NCBI RefSeq assembly: GCF_029504745.1
Contig: NZ_JAQFIQ010000038.1
Coordinates: 1-22,279, forward strand
Reading direction: 5' to 3'
Length of the DNA stretch: 22,279 nucleotides
Origin: Breznakia sp. PF5-3
GTDB taxonomy: Bacteria > Bacillota_I > Bacilli_A > Erysipelotrichales > Erysipelotrichaceae
Below are positions 15,537-22,279 of this stretch, piece after piece; within the stretch, counting starts at the first letter, position 1; each line of letters starts with the position of its first letter. Under the pieces are notes generated by a model. That model was not told where the DNA came from and did not search any database. It saw nothing but the letters and a program-made list of their open reading frames with translations. The position numbers and the translations under genes were made by a program.

Positions 15537-16215
15537 ATGAAGTTTGCTATTCGAATTGTATGTAGTATTATTTTGTTTTTTTCTTCCTTACTCTTTGTTG
15601 GTTCCCTAACCGCACAAAAAGTTATGGGCGATGATCTTACATCATTGGCATATCAACGAATTGAAGTAGGAACCCATCTTGCAGATGTATTACAACCTCT
15701 TTCGCTAGTAGCAGGGGAGGAAAATCAAGCAGCATATGTAGCACTTACAAATAAGATTAAGGAAGATGAAGAAATAAATCAATTAATAGATGAGTATAAG
15801 GAACTTTTTGTTTCGGATCTTCTGTATGATGAAGTCGAGAGTTCCATTGATAAAAAAGCTATAAATGAAAAAAGCAAAATCAATGATGACAGCATATATT
15901 TCTGAAGTGAAAGCATTTCTTCCAGATAGTCTTAGCGAAGAACAAAAAGATACTTTGGTCAATGAAGCGATATCAAAAATTGACGTATCTAAATATTATA
16001 AACAAGCTGTTATTCAGACAAAGAGAGTATTGTCAGATGAATATATATCCTTGTTGAATATGGCAGAAGTGTTATCTAGGTTAAATGTTACAAGTAGTAC
16101 TTTTGGGGAAGGAGCCAAACAGTTAGTATTTTATTTTGGTATTGGATTTCTTATTGTGGGAGTGATATCTTTTGTTGTTAGTGTAAAGATTATGAATCCT
16201 AAAGAAGAATATTAA
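15537..16215 (+). pseudogene. Membrane-anchored protein split by a +1 frame change at an A6 run (track ORFs 15537..15905 and 15865..16215)
   Basis: ORF1 has a good RBS (AAGGGGG) and an N-terminal TM/signal anchor. ORF2 has no RBS, starts inside ORF1, and carries a C-terminal TM segment. Removing one A from the run at 15868-15873 joins them into one 225-aa reading frame (...AINEK-AKSMMTAYISEV...). Confidence 0.55.
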
Positions 16216-16274
16216 TAAAATATTTTGAAACATTTTGAATCAAACAACAGTATAATAGTTAGGAGGAAGAAATA

Positions 16275-16751
16275 ATGAAGAAAGTAATATTAAGTTGTCT
16301 GTTTTTCGCAATTCTTGTAAGTGGCTGTAATGATGATAAGGCAAAAGATAAAAAAGAGAGTAAAAAGGATGAGAAAACAACGGTTTGTACGTACAGTGAT
16401 CAAATGGATAAGATGATAGAATATGAAATGGTATTTGTGGAAAAGGATGGGAAACTTATTAGTCTATATGAAAACCTTGAAACAAATATGAGTCTTGATC
16501 CAGATATGAAGGTAGAAGCATTTGTTTCTATGTTAGAAGAAAATAAAGAAATGTATAAAGAAAGTAATGAGTTTACTTATGATTATGAAGAAACAGATGA
16601 AAATGTATATGTTGAACATCTAATATATAATGTAGAGGATTATGAGCCAGAGGCTTTATTAGCGGATTCACTATTGGATAAAGAAAAGTACTCTTTAAAA
16701 TATGCAGTTAAAGCTCTTGAAGATGAAGGATATACATGTAAAACGAAATAA
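16275..16751 (+). CDS. Acidic lipoprotein, unknown function
   Basis: Signal peptide with lipobox LVSGC (MKKVILSCLFFAILVSGCNDD), RBS AGGAGG, and a D/E-rich mature part. The size and layout recall small YehR/DUF1307-type lipoproteins, but I cannot confirm that. Confidence 0.72.
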   Translation: MKKVILSCLFFAILVSGCNDDKAKDKKESKKDEKTTVCTYSDQMDKMIEYEMVFVEKDGKLISLYENLETNMSLDPDMKVEAFVSMLEENKEMYKESNEFTYDYEETDENVYVEHLIYNVEDYEPEALLADSLLDKEKYSLKYAVKALEDEGYTCKTK

Positions 16752-16776
16752 GGTGATAGCACCTTATTTTGTTTTT
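16750..16776 (+). terminator. Terminator after the lipoprotein gene
   Basis: AAGGTG (16750-16755) / CACCTT (16760-16765), loop ATAG, followed by ATTTTGTTTTT. The stem is short. Confidence 0.5.
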
Positions 16777-16806
16777 GTTAGAATAAAATTGTTTCTCTAT
16801 ACAAAA

Positions 16807-16815
16807 TGATATAAA
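16807..16815 (+). promoter_or_regulatory. Candidate extended -10 promoter for fhs
   Basis: TGATATAAA (TGnTATAAA) at 16807-16815, 29 nt upstream of the fhs ATG. TTGTTT at 16789-16794 gives only a 15-nt spacer. Confidence 0.35.
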
Positions 16816-16844
16816 ATAGATTTGTAATAAAAAGGAGAACAACG

Positions 16845-18515
16845 ATGGCGAAAACAGATTTAGAAATTGCACAAGAAGCAGTGATGATGCAAATCGATGA
16901 AATCGCAAAAAAGGCAGGAATCGATGTAGAAGATATTGAATTATATGGAAATTATAAAGCCAAAGTATCTTTGGATGCATTACATAAAAAAGAAAATAAA
17001 GAGGATGGAAAGCTGATTTTGGTTACAGCAATTAATCCAACGAAAGCAGGAGAAGGAAAGTCTACTACGACGGTTGGATTGGTTGATGCATTTAACAAAA
17101 TTGGAAAGAAAGCAATGGTAGCACTTCGTGAACCCTCATTAGGTCCAGTGTTTGGATTAAAAGGGGGAGCAGCAGGTGGTGGTTATGCACAGGTTGTTCC
17201 AATGGAAGATATTAATCTTCATTTCACTGGTGATATGCATGCGATTACAACATGTAATAATTTAATCAGTGCTTGTTTGGATAATCATATTCATCAAGGA
17301 AATGCTTTGCATATAGATAAAGATAAGGTTGTATTCAAACGTGTTTTGGATATGAATGATCGTGTTTTACGTCAGGTAGAAGTTGGTTTAGGTTCAAAGG
17401 CGAATGGTGTAGAAAGAAAAGATGGTTTTACGATTACAGTGGCAAGTGAAGTTATGGCAGTGCTTTGTTTATCATCTTCACTAATGGATTTAAAACATCG
17501 TCTTGGAAAGATATTGGTTGCTTATACAACAGATGGAGATCCTGTATATGTGAAAGATTTGGAAATTGATGGCGCATTGGCTATGGTCATGAAAGATGCG
17601 ATAAAACCAAACCTAGTACAAACCCTTGAAAATAATCCCGTGTTGATTCATGGTGGGCCTTTTGCGAATATTGCTCATGGATGTAATAGTGTGTTAGCAA
17701 CAAAAACATGTTTGAAGTTAGCGGATTATGTAATTACTGAAGCTGGGTTTGGTGCCGATCTTGGAGCAGAAAAGTTTTTGGATATTAAATGTCGTGAAGC
17801 AGATATAAAACCAAATGCGGTTGTAATAGTAGCAACGATTCGCGCATTAAAACAACATGGTAATGTAGCTTTTGAACATTTACAAGAAGAAAATGTAGAA
17901 GCAATGTTAGAAGGTTGTTGTAATTTAGAAAAGCATATTGAAACGATTAAAGCGTTTGGGTTGCCTTATATTATTGCTATTAATGAATTTACTAGCGATA
18001 CGGATAAGGAAGTGCAAGCACTACAAGATTGGTGTAAAAAACATGCACATCCTATGGCTCTTTCACAAGTCTGGGCAAAGGGTGGAGCAGGTGCCGTTGA
18101 TTTAGCAGAACAACTAGTGGATTTAGTTGAACAAGAAAACCAATACAAACCAATATATGAGTTAAATGATACAATTGAAAATAAAATATTAAAAATTGCT
18201 CAAACATGCTATGGTGCAAAAGATGTAGTTTATAGCGATGAAGCAAAAGCACAAATTGAAACCTTTAAGAAGTATGGATGGGATAAGTTAGCTATCTGTA
18301 TGGCAAAAGTACCTACCAGTCTAACAGATGATGCAACAATTTGTGGTGCACCAAAAGATTTTACGATTACGATTCGTGAATTGCGTCCATCGCTTGGAGC
18401 GGGCTTTATTGTAGCGCTGACTGGAAATGTAATGACGATGCCAGGGTTACCAAAAGTACCAGCAGCAAATCGTATGGATATCGATGAGCAAGGAAATATT
18501 GTTGGATTATTTTAA
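16845..18515 (+). CDS. fhs: Formate-tetrahydrofolate ligase
   Basis: 556 aa, with [19 protein letters not shown] (P-loop), [18 protein letters not shown] and [10 protein letters not shown], all diagnostic of FTHFS. RBS AAGGAG. Confidence 0.93.
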   Translation: MAKTDLEIAQEAVMMQIDEIAKKAGIDVEDIELYGNYKAKVSLDALHKKENKEDGKLILVTAINPTKAGEGKSTTTVGLVDAFNKIGKKAMVALREPSLGPVFGLKGGAAGGGYAQVVPMEDINLHFTGDMHAITTCNNLISACLDNHIHQGNALHIDKDKVVFKRVLDMNDRVLRQVEVGLGSKANGVERKDGFTITVASEVMAVLCLSSSLMDLKHRLGKILVAYTTDGDPVYVKDLEIDGALAMVMKDAIKPNLVQTLENNPVLIHGGPFANIAHGCNSVLATKTCLKLADYVITEAGFGADLGAEKFLDIKCREADIKPNAVVIVATIRALKQHGNVAFEHLQEENVEAMLEGCCNLEKHIETIKAFGLPYIIAINEFTSDTDKEVQALQDWCKKHAHPMALSQVWAKGGAGAVDLAEQLVDLVEQENQYKPIYELNDTIENKILKIAQTCYGAKDVVYSDEAKAQIETFKKYGWDKLAICMAKVPTSLTDDATICGAPKDFTITIRELRPSLGAGFIVALTGNVMTMPGLPKVPAANRMDIDEQGNIVGLF

Positions 18516-18580
18516 AAAAAGAAGCTGTAACAATAGAATAATCAAATGATTATCTATAAGAGTTACGGCTCTTTTTTTTC
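18514..18580. terminator. Two-tier hairpin, a probable bidirectional terminator between fhs (+) and the VOC gene (-)
   Basis: Outer stem AGCTGTAAC (18523-18531) / GTTACGGCT (18562-18570, one G-U pair on +). Inner hairpin ATAATCA/TGATTAT. An A7 run lies upstream and a T8 run (18572-18579) downstream. Confidence 0.6.
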
Positions 18581-18589
18581 TTTATCTAG

Positions 18590-19060
18590 TTATTGTTGTA
18601 ACATACCTTTAATCGCTTCTACAGGATACATGGTACGTTTAGAGATTTCTTCCATTGAAAGTCCTTCATCTACAAATCGATGGAAAACAACAATCATGTT
18701 TTCACCAATTTCAATAATATGTTTATCTACATCATAAATACGGACAACTCTTTGTCCCCATGGATATGTTTTTGTTTGATGAACATAATCGATATTATCA
18801 AAGGTTTGTAAATGTGCTTCGATCGCATCATAGTCATCTACTTCAAAGTAGAGTTCATGGTCATTGCCTCCATAAGTGCTTTTAAATCCTTCTTGATTTA
18901 TTAGCAGGGTATCAAAGCCTGCTTGTAGGGCAAAATCGTTGTTTCCAAAAGTTACATTTGGTCCAATATCAGTTGCAATTTCTTGTTTTAAAACTTCTGT
19001 GTAAAATGCTTTTGCTTTATCAATATCCTTTACGGTTAATAATGGGCACATAAATTTCAT
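18590..19060 (-). CDS. VOC (glyoxalase/bleomycin-resistance fold) protein with a short C-terminal extension
   Basis: The first ~120 aa show the VOC pattern (LTVKDIDKAKAFYTEVL...HELYFEVDDYDA...WGQRVVRIYDVDKHIIEIGE). The last ~35 aa (FHRFVDEGLSMEEISKRTMYPVEAIKGMLQQ) look like a small helical, HTH-like tail. RBS AGGAGG, 13 nt after the AraC stop. Confidence 0.78.
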   Translation of the reverse strand: MKFMCPLLTVKDIDKAKAFYTEVLKQEIATDIGPNVTFGNNDFALQAGFDTLLINQEGFKSTYGGNDHELYFEVDDYDAIEAHLQTFDNIDYVHQTKTYPWGQRVVRIYDVDKHIIEIGENMIVVFHRFVDEGLSMEEISKRTMYPVEAIKGMLQQ

Positions 19061-19073
19061 TTCTTATTTCCTC

Positions 19074-19943
19074 CTATTTTACTTTTTTAACGGGTATCCA
19101 AACTTCACTATAATATGCTTCAGATTGATTGTCTCCTGGTGGGTGTAATTCAATATCAGGTGCGTTGGCAAATTCATATCCTGATGATGGTAACCACTCA
19201 CTCACAACGCGATGTTCCATATGCACCATCGCTTCTGGGTTCTTTCCAATACATTCAAAAATTGCCCAAGTACTTTTGGGAATGATATATTCTTCCATTC
19301 CTTCAAGTGGTTGTTTATCAGATGTAACAGCAATATAAAAGTCAAAATCTGATTTTTCTTCCATAATTTGGTAATTGCTAATACCAATAACACCATCTAT
19401 TTCATGATTCATAGTTTCGATTAAAGTTTCCAATTTTCCACTTTGTATGATCTCTTGCCAAAATTTGGGAGCATCGCTATAACACTGCCCATCTTCTAAT
19501 GTAGAACGTAGTCGATAACCGATGACACGTACTTCTGGTAACTCTATAATTCGATAGCGAAGCGTATCACCACCTTCTACAACGATGTGAAAAGATAGTG
19601 GTGCATATGCATTTAGCATAACTTCTTTTTTCTTAGCTTCGCTAGGGGCAACACCATGCATTTCTTTAAAGGCACGATTGAATGATGTTGGCGATGAATA
19701 GCCATACTTCATTGCTGCATCAATAACTTTTAGTTTTTTCTCTTTTAAATCTAAAGCGGCCATTGATAATTTTCTTCTTCGTATATATTCAGAAATTGGT
19801 ATTCCACTTACTAAGATAAATAATCTTTGAAAATGATATAGAGAATATCCTGAAATTTTAGATATTTCATCATAATCAATATCGTTATCTAAATTCTTTT
19901 CAATATAATCAACAGCTTCATTTAATTTGTGTAACCACTCCAT
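19074..19943 (-). CDS. AraC-family transcriptional regulator with a GyrI-like effector-binding domain
   Basis: N-terminal AraC double HTH (ISGYSLYHFQRLF...YGYSSPTSFNRAFKEMHGVAPSE). The C-terminal ~165 aa are GyrI-like (VRVIGYRL...FDFYIAV...WAIFE...EW), as in Rob and other AraC-family regulators that carry a GyrI-like domain. RBS TAGGAGGT. Confidence 0.88.
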   Translation of the reverse strand: MEWLHKLNEAVDYIEKNLDNDIDYDEISKISGYSLYHFQRLFILVSGIPISEYIRRRKLSMAALDLKEKKLKVIDAAMKYGYSSPTSFNRAFKEMHGVAPSEAKKKEVMLNAYAPLSFHIVVEGGDTLRYRIIELPEVRVIGYRLRSTLEDGQCYSDAPKFWQEIIQSGKLETLIETMNHEIDGVIGISNYQIMEEKSDFDFYIAVTSDKQPLEGMEEYIIPKSTWAIFECIGKNPEAMVHMEHRVVSEWLPSSGYEFANAPDIELHPPGDNQSEAYYSEVWIPVKKVK

Positions 19944-19960
19944 AATGACCTCCTATCATT

Positions 19961-19969
19961 ACTATAGCA
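19961..19969 (-). promoter_or_regulatory. Candidate extended -10 promoter for the AraC/VOC operon
   Basis: The minus strand reads TGCTATAGT (19969..19961), 17 nt upstream of the ATG at 19943, which implies a very short leader carrying the SD. Confidence 0.4.
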
Positions 19970-20019
19970 TTGCGAAGTTAAAAAAACCTTACATTTCAGA
20001 AGAGAAGATGTAAAACTTT

Positions 20020-20048
20020 TTGCATATTCTCTTAAAAATCGGTAAAAT
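20020..20048 (+). promoter_or_regulatory. Candidate sigma-A promoter for ald
   Basis: TTGCAT (20020-20025), exactly 17 nt, then TAAAAT (20043-20048), 26 nt upstream of the ald ATG. Confidence 0.5.
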
Positions 20049-20074
20049 AGAAGATAAGAAAAAGAGGTAAAGGT

Positions 20075-21181
20075 ATGAAAATTGGATGTGTAAAAGAAGT
20101 AAAGAAACATGAATATCGTGTGGGATGTACACCAGCAACTGTTGCTGCCTATGTGCGTGCAGGACATACATTTTTAATTGAGAGTGAAGCAGGTGTTGGT
20201 AGCGGCTTTGCAGATGAAGAGTATAAAGCAGCAGGAGCAACCATCATAAAAGATGCAGCTGATGTATGGAAACAAGTAGATATGATAATTAAAGTAAAAG
20301 AACCTTTAACAAGTGAATACAAGTATTTTCGTGAAGGTTTAATATTATATACATACTTACATTTAGCAGCCAATACAGAACTTACAGAAGCCCTTATGGA
20401 ATCTAAAGTAACTGGTGTTGCATATGAAACATTAAGTGACAATGGGGAATTACCTCTGTTGAAGCCGATGAGCGAAGTGGCTGGAAAACTCTCTATTCAA
20501 GAAGGCGCAAAAAGCTTAGAAAAGCCATTTGGTGGTAGTGGTATTTTGTTAGGTGGAGTACCAGGAGTAAAAAAAGGGAAAGTAGTAATTATCGGTGGTG
20601 GAGCTGTAGGAATCAATGCAGCGAAAGCGGCAATTGGAATTGGTGCTGATGTGGTAATCTTGGATAAGAATTTAAAGCGTTTAGAATATTTAGATGATAT
20701 TTTTGGTAATAATATTCAAACCTTATATAGTACTGATTTTGAAATTGAACAACAATGTAAAACAGCTGACTTGGTGATAGGAGCAGTTCTTATTCCAGGG
20801 GCAGCAGCACCTAGGTTAGTGAAAAAAGAATATTTAAAAAACATGAAAGATGGTTCGGTAATCGTCGACGTGGCAGTGGATCAAGGTGGTTGTGTGGAAA
20901 CAACCAAGCCAACTTATCATGATAAACCAACCTTTGTAGTGGATGGAGTTGTACACTATTGTGTAGCAAATATGCCAGGAGCAGTACCACGTACTTCAAC
21001 GATGGCACTTACGAATGCAACACTATCATATGGGCTAAAAATTGCGAATGAAGGTATTGAAAAAGCAATGGACTCAGTAGCAATTGCAACAGGGGTGAAC
21101 ACCTACAAGGGATATGTTACATTTGCTGGAGTAGCAGAGGCATGTGGGAAGGAATACAAAGATCTTTCTACATTGAAATAA
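20075..21181 (+). CDS. ald: Alanine dehydrogenase
   Basis: [21 protein letters not shown]-terminus, Rossmann motif [14 protein letters not shown], and [10 protein letters not shown]...[16 protein letters not shown], all typical of Ald. RBS AGAGGT. Confidence 0.92.
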   Translation: MKIGCVKEVKKHEYRVGCTPATVAAYVRAGHTFLIESEAGVGSGFADEEYKAAGATIIKDAADVWKQVDMIIKVKEPLTSEYKYFREGLILYTYLHLAANTELTEALMESKVTGVAYETLSDNGELPLLKPMSEVAGKLSIQEGAKSLEKPFGGSGILLGGVPGVKKGKVVIIGGGAVGINAAKAAIGIGADVVILDKNLKRLEYLDDIFGNNIQTLYSTDFEIEQQCKTADLVIGAVLIPGAAAPRLVKKEYLKNMKDGSVIVDVAVDQGGCVETTKPTYHDKPTFVVDGVVHYCVANMPGAVPRTSTMALTNATLSYGLKIANEGIEKAMDSVAIATGVNTYKGYVTFAGVAEACGKEYKDLSTLK

Positions 21182-21287
21182 GATTGATTAAAGCAAATGT
21201 GAAAATATTATCAAATTGTTAAATGGTCTTTATTTTTAAAGTGAAATAGAGTAGAATATAAGTATTAGTCAAGGAGGATTTAGAAAT

Positions 21288-22154
21288 ATGGCATTAGTAT
21301 CAGCAAAAGACATGCTTGAAAAAGCACATGCAGGTCATTACGCAGTTGGACAATTTAATATCAATAATTTAGAATGGACAAAAATGATTTTGTTAGCAGC
21401 AGAAGAAACAAAATCACCAGTTATTCTTGGAGTATCTGAGGGAGCTGGAAAATACATGACTGGTTATAAAACAGTTACTGCTATGGTAGACGCTATGGTG
21501 GATGATTTAGGAATTACAGTACCAGTTGCTCTACACTTAGACCACGGTAGTTATGATGGAGCAAAGGCAGCTTTAGCTGCAGGGTTCTCTTCAATTATGT
21601 TTGATGGATCTCATTACCCATTTGAAGAAAACTTAGAAAAATCAAAAGAAATCATTGAATTATGTCATTCAAAAGGTGTTTCAGTAGAATGTGAAGTTGG
21701 AGCAATCGGTGGAGAAGAAGATGGAGTTGTAGGTTCTGGTGAAGTTGCTGATCCAGAAGAATGTAAAATCATCGCTGATTTAGGTGTTGATATGCTAGCA
21801 GCTGGAATCGGAAATATCCATGGAAAATACCCAGACAACTGGGCTGGATTAAACTTTGATGTATTAGGGAAAATTCAAGATGTTACAAATGGAAAACCAT
21901 TAGTATTACATGGTGGTTCAGGGATTCCTGCTGATCAAATTGCAAAAGCAATTTCATTAGGAGTTTCTAAAATCAATGTAAACACAGAATGTCAATTAGT
22001 GTTTGCTGAAGCAACAAGAAAATATATTGAAGCTGGAAAAGATAAAGAAGGTAAAGGATATGACCCTCGTAAATTATTAGCTCCAGGATCTGAAGCAATC
22101 AAAGCTATGGTTATTGAAAAAATCAAAGAATTTGGTTCAGATAACAAAGCATAA
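21288..22154 (+). CDS. fba: Class II fructose-1,6-bisphosphate aldolase
   Basis: FNINNLEW, LHLDHG, SIMFDGSH, GNIHGKY and LVLHGGSG are the class II FBA metal and substrate motifs. 288 aa. RBS AAGGAGG. Confidence 0.92.
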   Translation: MALVSAKDMLEKAHAGHYAVGQFNINNLEWTKMILLAAEETKSPVILGVSEGAGKYMTGYKTVTAMVDAMVDDLGITVPVALHLDHGSYDGAKAALAAGFSSIMFDGSHYPFEENLEKSKEIIELCHSKGVSVECEVGAIGGEEDGVVGSGEVADPEECKIIADLGVDMLAAGIGNIHGKYPDNWAGLNFDVLGKIQDVTNGKPLVLHGGSGIPADQIAKAISLGVSKINVNTECQLVFAEATRKYIEAGKDKEGKGYDPRKLLAPGSEAIKAMVIEKIKEFGSDNKA

Positions 22155-22237
22155 TTAGAATTAATATTTAAAGATAAGCCTCATTATGATGTGAACCCAT
22201 AAAGTTGGACACGTTATTATTTAAGCGCTTAAACTTG

Positions 22238-22276
22238 AGGATTGTTCTCTGTATGCTACAGGGGATAATCCTTTTA
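22238..22276 (+). terminator. Strand-specific terminator after fba
   Basis: 16-bp stem AGGATTGTTCTCTGTA (22238-22253) / TACAGGGGATAATCCT (22257-22272). Three of the pairs are G-U and form only in the + strand RNA. Loop TGC, then TTT. Confidence 0.7.
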
Positions 22277-22279
22277 GTT

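Noticed and set aside
15851-15905. Programmed ribosomal frameshifting at the A-runs, as an explanation for the split gene.
   Set aside because: Joining the ORFs needs a +1 shift. The A-run is not in the X XXY YYZ register of a -1 slippery heptamer in the ORF1 frame, and I saw no downstream stimulatory hairpin or upstream SD-like stimulator. An indel, pseudogene or sequencing error is more parsimonious.
16708-16980. A minus-strand 90-aa ORF bridges the lipoprotein 3' end and the fhs 5' end. A plus-strand 63-aa ORF (18546..18737) overlaps the VOC gene.
   Set aside because: Both cross terminator and promoter sequences, lie antisense to well-supported genes, and lack an RBS.
19989-20013. An inverted repeat TTACAT-N13-ATGTAA in the AraC/ald intergenic region, considered as a regulator site.
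   Set aside because: The arms are only 6 bp and AT-rich, so chance occurrence is expected. I have no supporting second copy or conservation information.
19922-20240. Two minus-strand ORFs (19922..20167 and 19989..20240) span the AraC/ald intergenic region.
   Set aside because: They run antisense through the ald promoter and its 5' coding region, have no RBS, and have low-complexity sequence. The region is better explained by divergent promoters.
2799-21008. Many 60-119 aa ORFs in the track lie antisense to, or out of frame inside, well-supported genes. They are 2799..3047-, 3504..3704-, 3746..4018-, 4863..5051-, 5125..5322-, 5918..6277+, 9299..9514+, 10909..11094-, 10938..11282-, 11561..11767-, 11979..12203-, 14452..14721-, 17966..18148-, 18052..18252-, 19129..19338+, 19202..19396-, 20149..20442- and 20811..21008-.
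   Set aside because: Each is fully or mostly embedded in a gene with strong family motifs on the other strand or in another frame. They lack an RBS and have low-complexity, Leu/Ser/Phe/Ile/His-rich composition, which is typical of shadow ORFs in AT-rich DNA.
21200-21213. A cre-like (CcpA) site, TGAAAATATTATCA, upstream of fba.
   Set aside because: It matches the outer positions of TGWAANCGNTNWCA but lacks the central CG, which is the most conserved part. Such a match is easy to get by chance in AT-rich DNA.
1-22279. CRISPR arrays, transposases or IS ends, prophage genes, toxin-antitoxin pairs, restriction-modification systems or other known defence systems.
   Set aside because: No regularly spaced direct repeats, terminal inverted repeats or diagnostic protein motifs were seen. 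Every track ORF not rejected above as a shadow ORF is accounted for by metabolic, transport, envelope or signalling functions.

Overview
This is a chromosomal segment of a low-GC Gram-positive (Firmicutes-type) bacterium, judged from AGGAGG-type ribosome-binding sites, a lipobox lipoprotein and Bacillus/Clostridium-type gene families. Most of it is core metabolism. In order: tRNA-Gly(UCC); a CYTH protein back-to-back with NAD kinase; a small membrane protein plus TetR regulator; anaerobic ribonucleotide reductase nrdD-nrdG; purD-purB; an osmoprotectant ABC transporter (fused permease/binding protein plus a short ATPase); a frameshift-split membrane protein; an acidic lipoprotein; formate-tetrahydrofolate ligase; an AraC/GyrI-like regulator plus a VOC (glyoxalase-fold) protein; alanine dehydrogenase; and class II fructose-bisphosphate aldolase. 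The only clearly non-housekeeping block is 5884-10391, which looks more AT-rich than its neighbours. It holds a tightly coupled four-gene minus-strand operon: a standalone V4R ligand-binding protein, a transmembrane-less HAMP + AgrC-type (HPK10) histidine kinase, a LytTR response regulator, and a polytopic HPK10-like membrane protein whose ATP-binding motifs look degenerate. A divergently transcribed receiver protein with a degenerate LytTR-like domain sits next to it. I rate this the best candidate for an undescribed system, a split or branched small-molecule sensing pathway. I saw no CRISPR array, transposase, integrase, phage gene or recognisable defence gene. All family calls rest on motif recognition by eye, since no searches could be run.
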